Position numbers and translations under genes: made by a program
The notes under the pieces: model-generated
What the model saw: only the letters and a program-made list of their open reading frames with translations
What the model was told of the DNA's origin: nothing
The model's database searches: none
Part shown: in pieces, positions 42,555 through 50,350 of the stretch
Layout of the letters: every line of letters starts with the position of its first letter
Position numbering within the stretch: the stretch's first letter is position 1
Assembly (NCBI RefSeq): GCF_057098645.1
Contig: NZ_CM169472.1
Length of the DNA: 64,000 bases
Strand: one strand, 5' to 3'

Positions 42555-42832
42555 GCAGACACCCTCCTGTCGAAATAAACGTAGTTATTCACTATGCGCA
42601 GCGGCATGCCTAATTTTCTGGCAATTTCCCTTCTTTGCATGCCTCTCTGATGCAGTTGCCGCGCCAGCTCAATATCACGCTGAGAATATTTTGCCGACGG
42701 GTGAAAATCACCACGTAACATCATGCTGATGCCCAGCTCCCGTGCCTTCGTTCTCACTGCCGCTTCAGTTCGTCCGATAAGTGCGCCAACGCTTTTTACC
42801 TTCCTCGTTCCCGCACACTGCCGGAGTATCAT
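42551..42832 (-). CDS. Small HTH DNA-binding protein
   Basis: ..RREIARKLGMPLRIVNNYV.. HTH. Start codon uncertain. Confidence 0.45.
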   Translation of the reverse strand: MILRQCAGTRKVKSVGALIGRTEAAVRTKARELGISMMLRGDFHPSAKYSQRDIELARQLHQRGMQRREIARKLGMPLRIVNNYVYFDRRVSA

Positions 42833-42864
42833 GATTTCCGCCCGGCACCACGTCTTCCACCCAC

Positions 42865-43581
42865 TCACCGCTGCTGTTCTCTGGTGGCGGTAATATCCCG
42901 GAGAATATCCCGGCACTTGTTCAGCTCCCGCAGCGCGGCGCAGACTCGCTCCCACTTCTGAACCTGACCTTTTGCCCGGCGCAGCTCGCGGTTAGCCACA
43001 TGCAGCGATGGTAAAATCAGACCATCCGGATGCTTTCTGGTGAACGACGGCTGTGACTGCACTGTGACCGCCACACTTTCCGTTTTTATTTCTTCCTGTG
43101 TTTCCGCTTCCCCGACTGGTAACGCAACACCTGCTGGCTGAGGAAAGGCTTTACCATCCGTTTCCGCTATGGATGCGGCTTTCGGCTCTGCCGGTAAATC
43201 AGCGCCCGGTATGCAGTACCGAAATTTACCGCCCTGATTCACGCGAATCAGACGCCCTTTGCTGATTGCCATGGCCAGTGATGAATTCGCCCGGCGGGAG
43301 GTAATCCCGAACATCAGTGCCAGCTCATCCGCCGTTTGTGGGCCATGATGTTCAATCGCCTCAGTCAGCATTTGCGCTGTCACTTTCGGTACCGGTGACA
43401 CTGGTTCACTTTCACCAGCCTGAATCAGCCACCACATCGAACCCTTGTTATCCGCTTCACCACGGCGCTTCAGTTTCCACAGTTCGTTGACAGCATCTTC
43501 GCGGCTGATTCCAAGGCGCGATGCCACTACCTGTGAAGAGGCTTTTTTCAGTGCTTTCAGTGCGTCAAATACAGTTTCCAT
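42865..43581 (-). CDS. DUF1627-like prophage protein
   Basis: [29 protein letters not shown].. RBS ggagg. Common in EHEC-type lambdoid prophages (recalled). Confidence 0.55.
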   Translation of the reverse strand: METVFDALKALKKASSQVVASRLGISREDAVNELWKLKRRGEADNKGSMWWLIQAGESEPVSPVPKVTAQMLTEAIEHHGPQTADELALMFGITSRRANSSLAMAISKGRLIRVNQGGKFRYCIPGADLPAEPKAASIAETDGKAFPQPAGVALPVGEAETQEEIKTESVAVTVQSQPSFTRKHPDGLILPSLHVANRELRRAKGQVQKWERVCAALRELNKCRDILRDITATREQQR

Positions 43582-43602
43582 TAAAACGTCCTCCAACAAA
43601 AA

Positions 43603-44349
43603 TTACTTCACAACCCTCTGATTGCTGACATTTGGACGCCAGCTATCCCAGTTAAACGTCACCCACCGACCACCGTTCATGGTCATGCGGTCCATAATCC
43701 TCTCACCAAGAAGCGTGCTCATTGCGGCATGATTCAGGTTTGTTAACATCCCGACACTGCACAGTGATGCTGTCCGGCGATCAATTATCTGGTGTAATAC
43801 CACCTGCTCGTTTTTCGTCTCCCGCTGAACGCCTATTTCATCCAGGACCAGCAAATCAACACTGCAAAGCTCCTGTAAAAATTTTTCCCCGGATTTGCCG
43901 TTGTCGTAGCTGTCATGCAACACGCTCATGACATCAGACACGGTGACGATAATCACGCTGCGCCCCTTCGCCATCAGCCGGTTACCCATCGCCGCTGCAA
44001 GGTGATTTTTCCCGGTGCCGGTTTTACCGCTGAACACAAAATTCGTGCACCCGGTCATCAGTTCGTCAGCTATGGATTTGGCCTGGCTCAGCGCGTATTT
44101 TTGCCCGTCGTTCTGCACCTGATAATTCGCAAACGAGCATTTGCTGTGCAGAGGCTGGATGCCCGAACGATTCAGGATTTTTTCCACCCGCAACTGGTGA
44201 TTCTGGCGGTTAATCTCCTCGCTGCGTTTTCGTCCTTCAACAAGTTGCCATTCCCGCCACTCCTCCACCGTCCGGTACGGTGGAACCGACGCCTGTGGTG
44301 CAAGTCTGCGAATACGTTCAAGAACCCCGGCTGCCGCAATGTTTTTCAT
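43603..44349 (-). CDS. DnaC/IstB-like helicase loader (replication protein P analogue)
   Basis: Walker A GKTGTGKNH and Walker B LLVLDEIG. Confidence 0.85.
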   Translation of the reverse strand: MKNIAAAGVLERIRRLAPQASVPPYRTVEEWREWQLVEGRKRSEEINRQNHQLRVEKILNRSGIQPLHSKCSFANYQVQNDGQKYALSQAKSIADELMTGCTNFVFSGKTGTGKNHLAAAMGNRLMAKGRSVIIVTVSDVMSVLHDSYDNGKSGEKFLQELCSVDLLVLDEIGVQRETKNEQVVLHQIIDRRTASLCSVGMLTNLNHAAMSTLLGERIMDRMTMNGGRWVTFNWDSWRPNVSNQRVVK

Positions 44350-44355
44350 GCCACA

Positions 44356-45444
44356 TCACCCCCTGAATCCCGGCGGAATTTCGGTATCCGGTTCAGAAAT
44401 ATGATTCACACAACGCTGGTTGTTCGTGCCGCTTACCGGGAGCAACCAGGGGTTTTCAAAATTCCGGTCCGGCCCAAAAAACGTCGTCGCTCGCTGAACA
44501 AATTCCGTTCCCGTTTTCCCGGTAGCCGCCAGGTATCTTGCGTAACGCCTCACACCATCCAGTATGGCCTCTGGTGGCACCCCCTCGCGTAATCTGGCCT
44601 TCCAGGCACTGAAAGCGGATTTCTTCGGGTTTGCCCCAGCACGCAACGGGTATTCCCGCCAGACCTGTTCGAACACATCCGGATAATCCACTCGTCCCAC
44701 AGGCTGCCCGGTGTTTTCCGGGACTACCCGATCGGCTTCCCGCTGAATGGCGGAATCGGCTTCAGGCTGCTGCAGTTGGTGTGATTGCTCCGGCCTTGCG
44801 GTCATCACCTGCTGCACAGCGCCCGAATCGGCTTTCAGCGCATACGCTGAATCGGCTTCCGGTGTCGTGCCTGCTGGCTGACCAGGATTGACGGTCTGAA
44901 CATCCCCTGCCTGGTTCGTGGCGTTTTTTACGCCATGGACCATAGTGTTTTGATCTTCTTGATCTGTATCTTTATCTGTATCTTTATCTGTATCTTTATC
45001 TGTCGTGACTCGTCGTGACATGTGCGTGACATTTCGTGACGCGCCGTGACAATCGCCATTTTGTTCCCGCTTTCTTTCCCTCTCTCGCTGCGCCCTCTTG
45101 CGCTCTGCAGGAGATTTTGCGGTTTGCGAAATATTGCCGTTGTCCTCTTTAAGCACCTGGCGTTTTTCCCATCCAGTGATTAAATCACCATCAAGTACCC
45201 GCCCCTGCATCGTCTGCAAAATTGAATCAATTACCTCTTCTGTCACGTCGAGCGCACTTGCCAAATCTTCTGTCGTGACATCAATGTGACCTCGCGTGAC
45301 ATTTCGTGACGCGCTCACCAGGAGGTGGATATACACTGCCATCACTGTTGCAATTGGCTGCCCTGACACCCTGGCAATTGTTCGCCACTTAGGGTCATTT
45401 GGCATGTCATGCCATAATCTGAGCCAGGCGTTAGCCATACTCAC
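44356..45444 (-). CDS. Replication initiator (O-analogue) containing the iteron origin
   Basis: 362-aa ORF upstream of the DnaC-like gene. Internal DNA repeats encode DKDTDKDTDKDTD and repeated SRNVT/RRVTT. Confidence 0.65.
   Translation of the reverse strand: MSMANAWLRLWHDMPNDPKWRTIARVSGQPIATVMAVYIHLLVSASRNVTRGHIDVTTEDLASALDVTEEVIDSILQTMQGRVLDGDLITGWEKRQVLKEDNGNISQTAKSPAERKRAQRERERKREQNGDCHGASRNVTHMSRRVTTDKDTDKDTDKDTDQEDQNTMVHGVKNATNQAGDVQTVNPGQPAGTTPEADSAYALKADSGAVQQVMTARPEQSHQLQQPEADSAIQREADRVVPENTGQPVGRVDYPDVFEQVWREYPLRAGANPKKSAFSAWKARLREGVPPEAILDGVRRYARYLAATGKTGTEFVQRATTFFGPDRNFENPWLLPVSGTNNQRCVNHISEPDTEIPPGFRG
44964..45055. repeat. Origin repeats, cluster 1: 12-bp atctgtatcttt x3 plus five CGTGAC iterons
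   Basis: Read directly: ..atctgtatctttatctgtatctttatctgtatctttatctgtcgtgactcgtcgtgacatgtgcgtgacatttcgtgacgcgccgtgaca. Confidence 0.7.
45241..45312. repeat. Origin repeats, cluster 2: four to five (C)GTGAC iterons
   Basis: tgtcacg..tcgtgaca..atgtgacc..gcgtgacatttcgtgacgcgc. Shares the 18-mer gtgacatttcgtgacgcg with cluster 1. Confidence 0.6.
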
Positions 45445-45509
45445 CTCTTCTGATACCGAATCTTTTTACTCACGAGTTGCCGGAAGCGATTCGATACGGC
45501 TATTGTCAG

Positions 45510-45935
45510 TCAATGTACTGCCACAGCATTTCCTGCCGGGCCACCACGGTTCATCTGATTGAAACCGGCGATTGCCACTGCGACAAAATCATCAGCGTCT
45601 CTCACCAGTCGCTCCCGCGTCTCCACCAGCTCCCGAAAATAAGCTGAACTGTGGCTGCGCATTCTGGCCACCAGCAAAGGTGGCATTGCCTTTTCGATCG
45701 CTGGTAACAACGCCTGAATTTTTTCAACTGCATCAGGGGTGTCTTTCTCTACCCAGCGGAAAATTTTCTGGGTATTGCGAGCCAGGGCTTCCGGATGGCT
45801 GTCGTCATACAGTTCAGGAAACGTCATACCCAACTCAAAATAAGCCTGGGTTATTCCAGCTGCTGGAACTTTTTCGCCATCAGGACGCGCCCAGGCATTC
45901 ATCGCCATGCGGATGTGTTCATGCTTGATTTTCAT
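45510..45935 (-). CDS. YdaT-like regulator (CII position)
   Basis: MKIKHEHI.. start and length match K-12 Rac YdaT. Confidence 0.7.
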   Translation of the reverse strand: MKIKHEHIRMAMNAWARPDGEKVPAAGITQAYFELGMTFPELYDDSHPEALARNTQKIFRWVEKDTPDAVEKIQALLPAIEKAMPPLLVARMRSHSSAYFRELVETRERLVRDADDFVAVAIAGFNQMNRGGPAGNAVAVH

Positions 45936-46200
45936 GAATCAAGCTCCTAGTAAGTGGTTGTGTTAACGTTTTGGTATCTTCCAGCTCGGGCCAAATATTC
46001 ATCCAATCAAAAGGCCTTAGTTGCTGACGTGTAACTTCACCATTACTGGCTCGCTCAATAAGGACACATAACGATGCCCCTAACATTTGACCTTTACTCA
46101 ATGCCTTTCTTAGATAACCGATGCTAGTACCACACTCACATGCAAACATACGCTGTTCATCTGACGAAAGAGAATTGAGAAATATTCTTAATTCTTCCAT
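45919..46200 (-). CDS. Cro-like/YdaS-like HTH regulator
   Basis: First gene of the rightward operon, divergent from the repressor. HTH ..CGTSIGYLRKALSKG.. Confidence 0.65.
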   Translation of the reverse strand: MEELRIFLNSLSSDEQRMFACECGTSIGYLRKALSKGQMLGASLCVLIERASNGEVTRQQLRPFDWMNIWPELEDTKTLTQPLTRSLIHENQA

Positions 46201-46228
46201 AGCTACTCCTTAGTAAACACAGCAAGAA

Positions 46229-46279
46229 TACCTACAGGTAAACAAAAGTCAATACCCTTGGGTTGTTTACCTTGCGGTA
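46229..46279. promoter_or_regulatory. Three OR-type operators (TACC-N4-GGTA family)
   Basis: tacctacaggta (46229), tacccttgggtt (46253) and taccttgcggta (46268), between the divergent cro-like and repressor genes. Confidence 0.5.
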
Positions 46280-46299
46280 ATCGCATCTATTATTTACCT

Positions 46300-46719
46300 A
46301 TGGACAAATATGAATTTAGACGACAACAACTCATCAAAATTCGTGATGAGAAATGCGATGGTAAAGCGGTTAACGTGGCCAGAAAGATCGGTCGCGAGCC
46401 TTCTTATGTATCAAGAATGTTGTACCCAGAGGGGAAAAAAGGAAAAAAACGGATCGCTGATGATATGGTGGAGATTATAGAAGAGTCCTTTGGGTTACCC
46501 CGGGGATGGATGGATGGTATCGTTTCATCATCAACGAACACAGCCTCCAATTATGAAACAAGGGTTCTAACGCCACGACAACGTATTTTTTTAGATCTCT
46601 TAGACGAACTGCCAGAAAGTGAAGCGGATAACTTATTAAAAACTCTTGAAGAGAAAAAACAGTATTACAATATGATCTACGAAGAAATCCGTAAAAAGAA
46701 AGCACAAAACGCATCATAA
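46300..46719 (+). CDS. Prophage immunity repressor (DicA-related C terminus)
   Basis: MDKYEFRRQQLIKIRDE.. HTH ..VNVARKIGREPSYVSRML.. The C part ..LDLLDELPESEADNLLKTLEE.. resembles the DicA tail. Confidence 0.65.
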   Translation: MDKYEFRRQQLIKIRDEKCDGKAVNVARKIGREPSYVSRMLYPEGKKGKKRIADDMVEIIEESFGLPRGWMDGIVSSSTNTASNYETRVLTPRQRIFLDLLDELPESEADNLLKTLEEKKQYYNMIYEEIRKKKAQNAS

Positions 46720-46762
46720 CTCACCAAACAACCAGTCACCAGTTAAGACACATCAAAAAAAT

Positions 46763-46799
46763 TACCCATGGGTATTTACTTTTTAAATACCCACGGGTA
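46763..46799. promoter_or_regulatory. Two OL-type operators
   Basis: tacccatgggta (perfect palindrome, 46763) and tacccacgggta (46788), downstream of the repressor gene. Confidence 0.5.
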
Positions 46800-46985
46800 T
46801 CCTTCCTTTCATACCAACCCACCCCGTCCCACAGAACGCAGGGCAATACTTCGAGTTACCAGGCAGTGGTCAGGGGGTAAGTAGCCAGCCCGAGGCGTAA
46901 GAACATGACGGCAGGGTTCAACTTTAATAACTATGCAGCAGGTTTTTGTTCCGCTACCCCGGCGTTAAGGGGAAATGAGGTCAGC

Positions 46986-47138
46986 ATGGATACTATCGAT
47001 CTTGGCAACAGCGAATCTCTGGTATGCGGCGTGTTTCCCAACCAGGACGGTACGTTTACCGCGATGACGTATACCAAAAGTAAAACGTTTAAAACCGAAG
47101 CTGGCGCGCATCGCTGGTTAGCAAGAAACTCCGACTGA
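46986..47138 (+). CDS. ydfA: YdfA-like small protein
   Basis: MDTIDLGNSESLVCGVFPNQDGTFTAMTYTKSKTFKTE.. matches K-12 Qin YdfA. Confidence 0.7.
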   Translation: MDTIDLGNSESLVCGVFPNQDGTFTAMTYTKSKTFKTEAGAHRWLARNSD

Positions 47139-47149
47139 TGAGGTTGACG

Positions 47150-47788
47150 ATGGAATTTAAAGATTTACCTCCTTCAATCCAGGAGATTGCAGCACACACA
47201 CTTCGTCATCGTCTGAACGAACTTGAATTGGAATCGGTAACGAAAAAAGACACTGATAATATGGCTCGTAATGTGCGCGATGCGTTTACCGGATTGTATT
47301 TCTGTGCGTCTATAAATAAACACGACTCAGAGAGTGTGGCAAATAAAATTGCAGAAACGACAGCGCAAAACATCAATACGAAACCAACGGAAGAAGAAAT
47401 TGATCAGTTTGCTCATGATGCTGGTTTAAAAAACAAGAAAGAAAAATCGCCATATGCGGGGAACATGTTTGTTTATGACAATCTCATCAGAATTCGTGGC
47501 GAAATTCCGGCGGAATACCTGGCAAGAGTCCATCAGGCATTGCTTAAAAATTTGGAAACAGAATTATTTGATGGCAACACTAACGGTTTCTTCATGGTAT
47601 CAGGCCTTGATAAAGACTGGGATGCAGAAAAACGCTGGAATGTTGCTACATGGTTATTCAGTAACAGAGCCGCTGCACTGGAAGCTTCGGCATGTATTTG
47701 CGGCCTGTTCTTAACAGACCACAAATATAATCTGGATGTGTACAGTTATATTTACGCTGAACACGGTCCACTCTGGATTGACTGGTAA
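47150..47788 (+). CDS. Hypothetical early-left protein (212 aa), family not recognised
   Basis: MEFKDLPPSIQEIAAHTL.. with RBS gaggt. Occupies the place of Qin ydfB/ydfC. Confidence 0.5.
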   Translation: MEFKDLPPSIQEIAAHTLRHRLNELELESVTKKDTDNMARNVRDAFTGLYFCASINKHDSESVANKIAETTAQNINTKPTEEEIDQFAHDAGLKNKKEKSPYAGNMFVYDNLIRIRGEIPAEYLARVHQALLKNLETELFDGNTNGFFMVSGLDKDWDAEKRWNVATWLFSNRAAALEASACICGLFLTDHKYNLDVYSYIYAEHGPLWIDW

Positions 47789-47998
47789 TTATAAGGAAAC
47801 ACCAGCAGGGCCGCGGCGACCAACAGAACGATTAAAATCAATAATGCCATTATAAAGGACATTATTTAATTTATCGTCGAATGCTGATTCTGTGAGCCTC
47901 AACTCTGAATGAGTTTTTAATAACCCTGATTGCCTGAGTTGATTTACCAGGCATTCAATCTGTTTTTCAATAAGCGGATTTCTTTTTTTGTTTGGCAT
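47789..47998 (-). CDS. Hypothetical 69-aa protein convergent with the previous gene
   Basis: RBS ggagga 5 nt before the ATG. Its stop codon abuts the stop of the plus-strand gene with zero spacing. Confidence 0.4.
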   Translation of the reverse strand: MPNKKRNPLIEKQIECLVNQLRQSGLLKTHSELRLTESAFDDKLNNVLYNGIIDFNRSVGRRGPAGVSL

Positions 47999-48349
47999 TT
48001 TATCCTCCATTGAGGTTCTGGGTTAAAAATGGAGACCAACACGCTGTCACGTGTGGTCGTGCGCCGGACACGGATAAGAATCCGGTACTGACAGTTTACT
48101 GAAAGGATATTTCCCTGAAAAGTCAGGGCATAACGCGAAAGCGTACGGCGAAGCTCTTTCCCTTAGAAGGCTTGTCGTTAGATTTCTTCGAACGTGCGCT
48201 TCCGGTTGTGGCACTCCGCGAAATGGCGCGGCGGTAAGTATGGCGGGGTTATTCCTTCCCCGTTGAGGACACCGGGTTGTCAGGTTGACCATACGCTTAA
48301 GTGACAATGAACCGCCCCGGGTTTCCTGGAGAGTGTTTTATCTGTGAAC

Positions 48350-49240
48350 TCAGGCTGCCAGATCATCGTTTCCGATGGAAGCATAATAAGCTTTTTCTGC
48401 TTCTGCCGGAGGAGTATGGCCCAGCCTTTCCAGCAATCGTCGATTGTTATACCAGTCCACCCACGTGAGTGTGGCCAGTTCCACTTCTGCACGGTTTTTC
48501 CAGCTCTTACGGTGTATTACCTCCGCTTTGTAAAGACCATTGATGCTCTCCGCCATCGCGTTGTCATACGAGTCGCCTGTACTTCCTGTTGATGCCAGTA
48601 ATCCGGCTTCCTTAAGCCGCTGTGTGTAGGCCAGCGATACATACTGAGAACCTTTATCACTGTGATGGACCGTGCCGGACGGTCGACGGGCCCATAACGC
48701 CTGCTCCAGTGCATCCAGCACGAATGTCGTCTCCATGGACGATGAGACCCGCCACCCCACAATGTATCCGGCAAACACATCAATGATGAACGCCACATAG
48801 ACGAAGCCCTGCCATGTGCTGACGTAAGTAAAATCAGCCACCCACAGCTGGTCAGGTCGTTCTGCCACGAACTGACGGTTTACGCGGTCGCCTGCGGCAA
48901 CGGCTTTCCGGCTGATGGTCGTACGGACCTTTTTACCCCGGAGAACACCGGCAAGTCCCATAACCGCCATGAGACGTGCCACAGTGCATCTGGCCACTCT
49001 GATACCTTCCCGTAACAACTGACGCCAGACTTTACGCACACCGTATACCTTGTGATTTTCATCGTATACGCGCTGTATCTCTTTCTTCAGCCAGTCATCG
49101 CGCTGCGCACGGGCACTGCGTTTATCCGGATGATGTCGCTGTTGCTGACAGTGGTAATACGTTGACGGGGCAATATGCAGTTCGCTGCATAGCGGTCCGA
49201 CCCCGTACTGCTCACGCAGCTTATCCAGCAGTGGCATCAT
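48350..49240 (-). CDS. IS629 OrfB
   Basis: 296 aa, a few substitutions relative to copy 1. Confidence 0.9.
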   Translation of the reverse strand: MMPLLDKLREQYGVGPLCSELHIAPSTYYHCQQQRHHPDKRSARAQRDDWLKKEIQRVYDENHKVYGVRKVWRQLLREGIRVARCTVARLMAVMGLAGVLRGKKVRTTISRKAVAAGDRVNRQFVAERPDQLWVADFTYVSTWQGFVYVAFIIDVFAGYIVGWRVSSSMETTFVLDALEQALWARRPSGTVHHSDKGSQYVSLAYTQRLKEAGLLASTGSTGDSYDNAMAESINGLYKAEVIHRKSWKNRAEVELATLTWVDWYNNRRLLERLGHTPPAEAEKAYYASIGNDDLAA

Positions 49241-49563
49241 TTTTTCCAGAGGCGGTCGAACTCCGCCTTCGCAAAATAAGCGGAAGCCTGGCGAAGGATA
49301 TCGTTACTGCGGCGCAGTTCACGATTTTCACGCTCCAGCTCTTTCAGACGCTGACGTTCAGCGGTGGTGAGCCCTCCATCACCGCCCCCGGTATCCCGCT
49401 CATGCTGGCGAACCCAGACACGCAGAGTCTCCGGCGTACAGCCAATCTTTGGAGCAATGGAACAAATTGTCGCCCATTGTGAGTCATATTCGCCCTGACT
49501 TTCCAGAACCATACGGACTGCCCGTTGACGGACTTCAGGGGAAAAACGAGTATTTTTAGTCAT
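49237..49563 (-). CDS. IS629 OrfA
   Basis: 108 aa, a few substitutions relative to copy 1. Confidence 0.9.
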   Translation of the reverse strand: MTKNTRFSPEVRQRAVRMVLESQGEYDSQWATICSIAPKIGCTPETLRVWVRQHERDTGGGDGGLTTAERQRLKELERENRELRRSNDILRQASAYFAKAEFDRLWKK

Positions 49564-49647
49564 CCTGTTTACCTCTTTCTCAGGAAGTTTAGTCTCCAGG
49601 ATTCCCGGGGCGGTTCACAACCCCGCTGCAACGCCCTCTGTTATCAA

Positions 49648-49706
49648 TTTTCTGGTGACGTTTGGCGGTATCAGTTTTACTCCGTGGCTGCTCTGCCGCC
49701 CTTTTT
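49648..49706 (+). ncRNA. dicF: DicF small RNA (ftsZ-targeting) with its terminator
   Basis: tttctggtgacgtttggcggtatcagttttactccgtggctgctctgccgccc+ttttt, one mismatch to the recalled K-12 DicF. Followed by dicB as in Qin. Confidence 0.8.
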
Positions 49707-49881
49707 AAAGTGAATTTTGTGATGCGGTGAATGCGGCTAAGCGCACGCGGAACAGTTAAAACAAGCGGTCTTTTACGGGCGTAACGGGAATGCTCTGTAT
49801 CCGGCGTTAATTGTTAACTGGTTAACGTCACCTGGAGGCACCAGGCACTGCATCACAAAATTCATTGTTGAGGACGCGATA

Positions 49882-50070
49882 ATGGAAACGTTATTACCAA
49901 ACGTTAATACGTCTGAAGGTTGTTTTGAAATTGGTGTCACTATCAGTAACCCTGTATTTACTGAAGATGCCATTAACAAGAGAAAACACGAACGGGAGCT
50001 ATTAAATAAAATATGCATTCTTTCAATGCTGGCCCGTTTACGTCCGATACAAAAAGGATGCTGGCAATGA
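49882..50070 (+). CDS. dicB: Cell-division inhibitor DicB
   Basis: METLLPNVNTSEGCFEIGVTISNPVFTEDAINKRK.. matches K-12 DicB (62 aa). Confidence 0.85.
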   Translation: METLLPNVNTSEGCFEIGVTISNPVFTEDAINKRKHERELLNKICILSMLARLRPIQKGCWQ

Positions 50071-50258
50071 ATACAGCATTTGCACTTGTTCTGACAGTTT
50101 TTCTTGTTTCCGGAGAGCCAGTTGATATTGCAGTCAGTGTTCACAGGACAATGCAGGAGTGTGTAACTGCAGCAACCGAACAGAAAATTCCCGGTAACTG
50201 TTACCCGGTCGATAAAGTTATTCACCAGGATAATAACGAAATCCCGGCAGGTCTTTAA
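50067..50258 (+). CDS. ydfD: YdfD-like lysis/membrane protein
   Basis: MNTAFALVLTVFLVSGEPVDIAVSVHRTMQEC.. matches Qin YdfD. ATGA overlap with dicB. Confidence 0.8.
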   Translation: MNTAFALVLTVFLVSGEPVDIAVSVHRTMQECVTAATEQKIPGNCYPVDKVIHQDNNEIPAGL

Positions 50259-50350
50259 AACAGTTCCGTAATAAACATCCGATTTCATTCTTATATGCCA
50301 GCAATGGCAGGGATTTGTTCACCCTTAAATCTGTAATGAGGTAAAACAAA

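Larger units (their letters stand above)
48308..49617 (-). mobile_element. IS629 copy 2 (1310 bp), simple insertion
   Basis: Same termini as copy 1. 3-bp direct repeat caa at 48305-48307 and 49618-49620. Confidence 0.95.
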
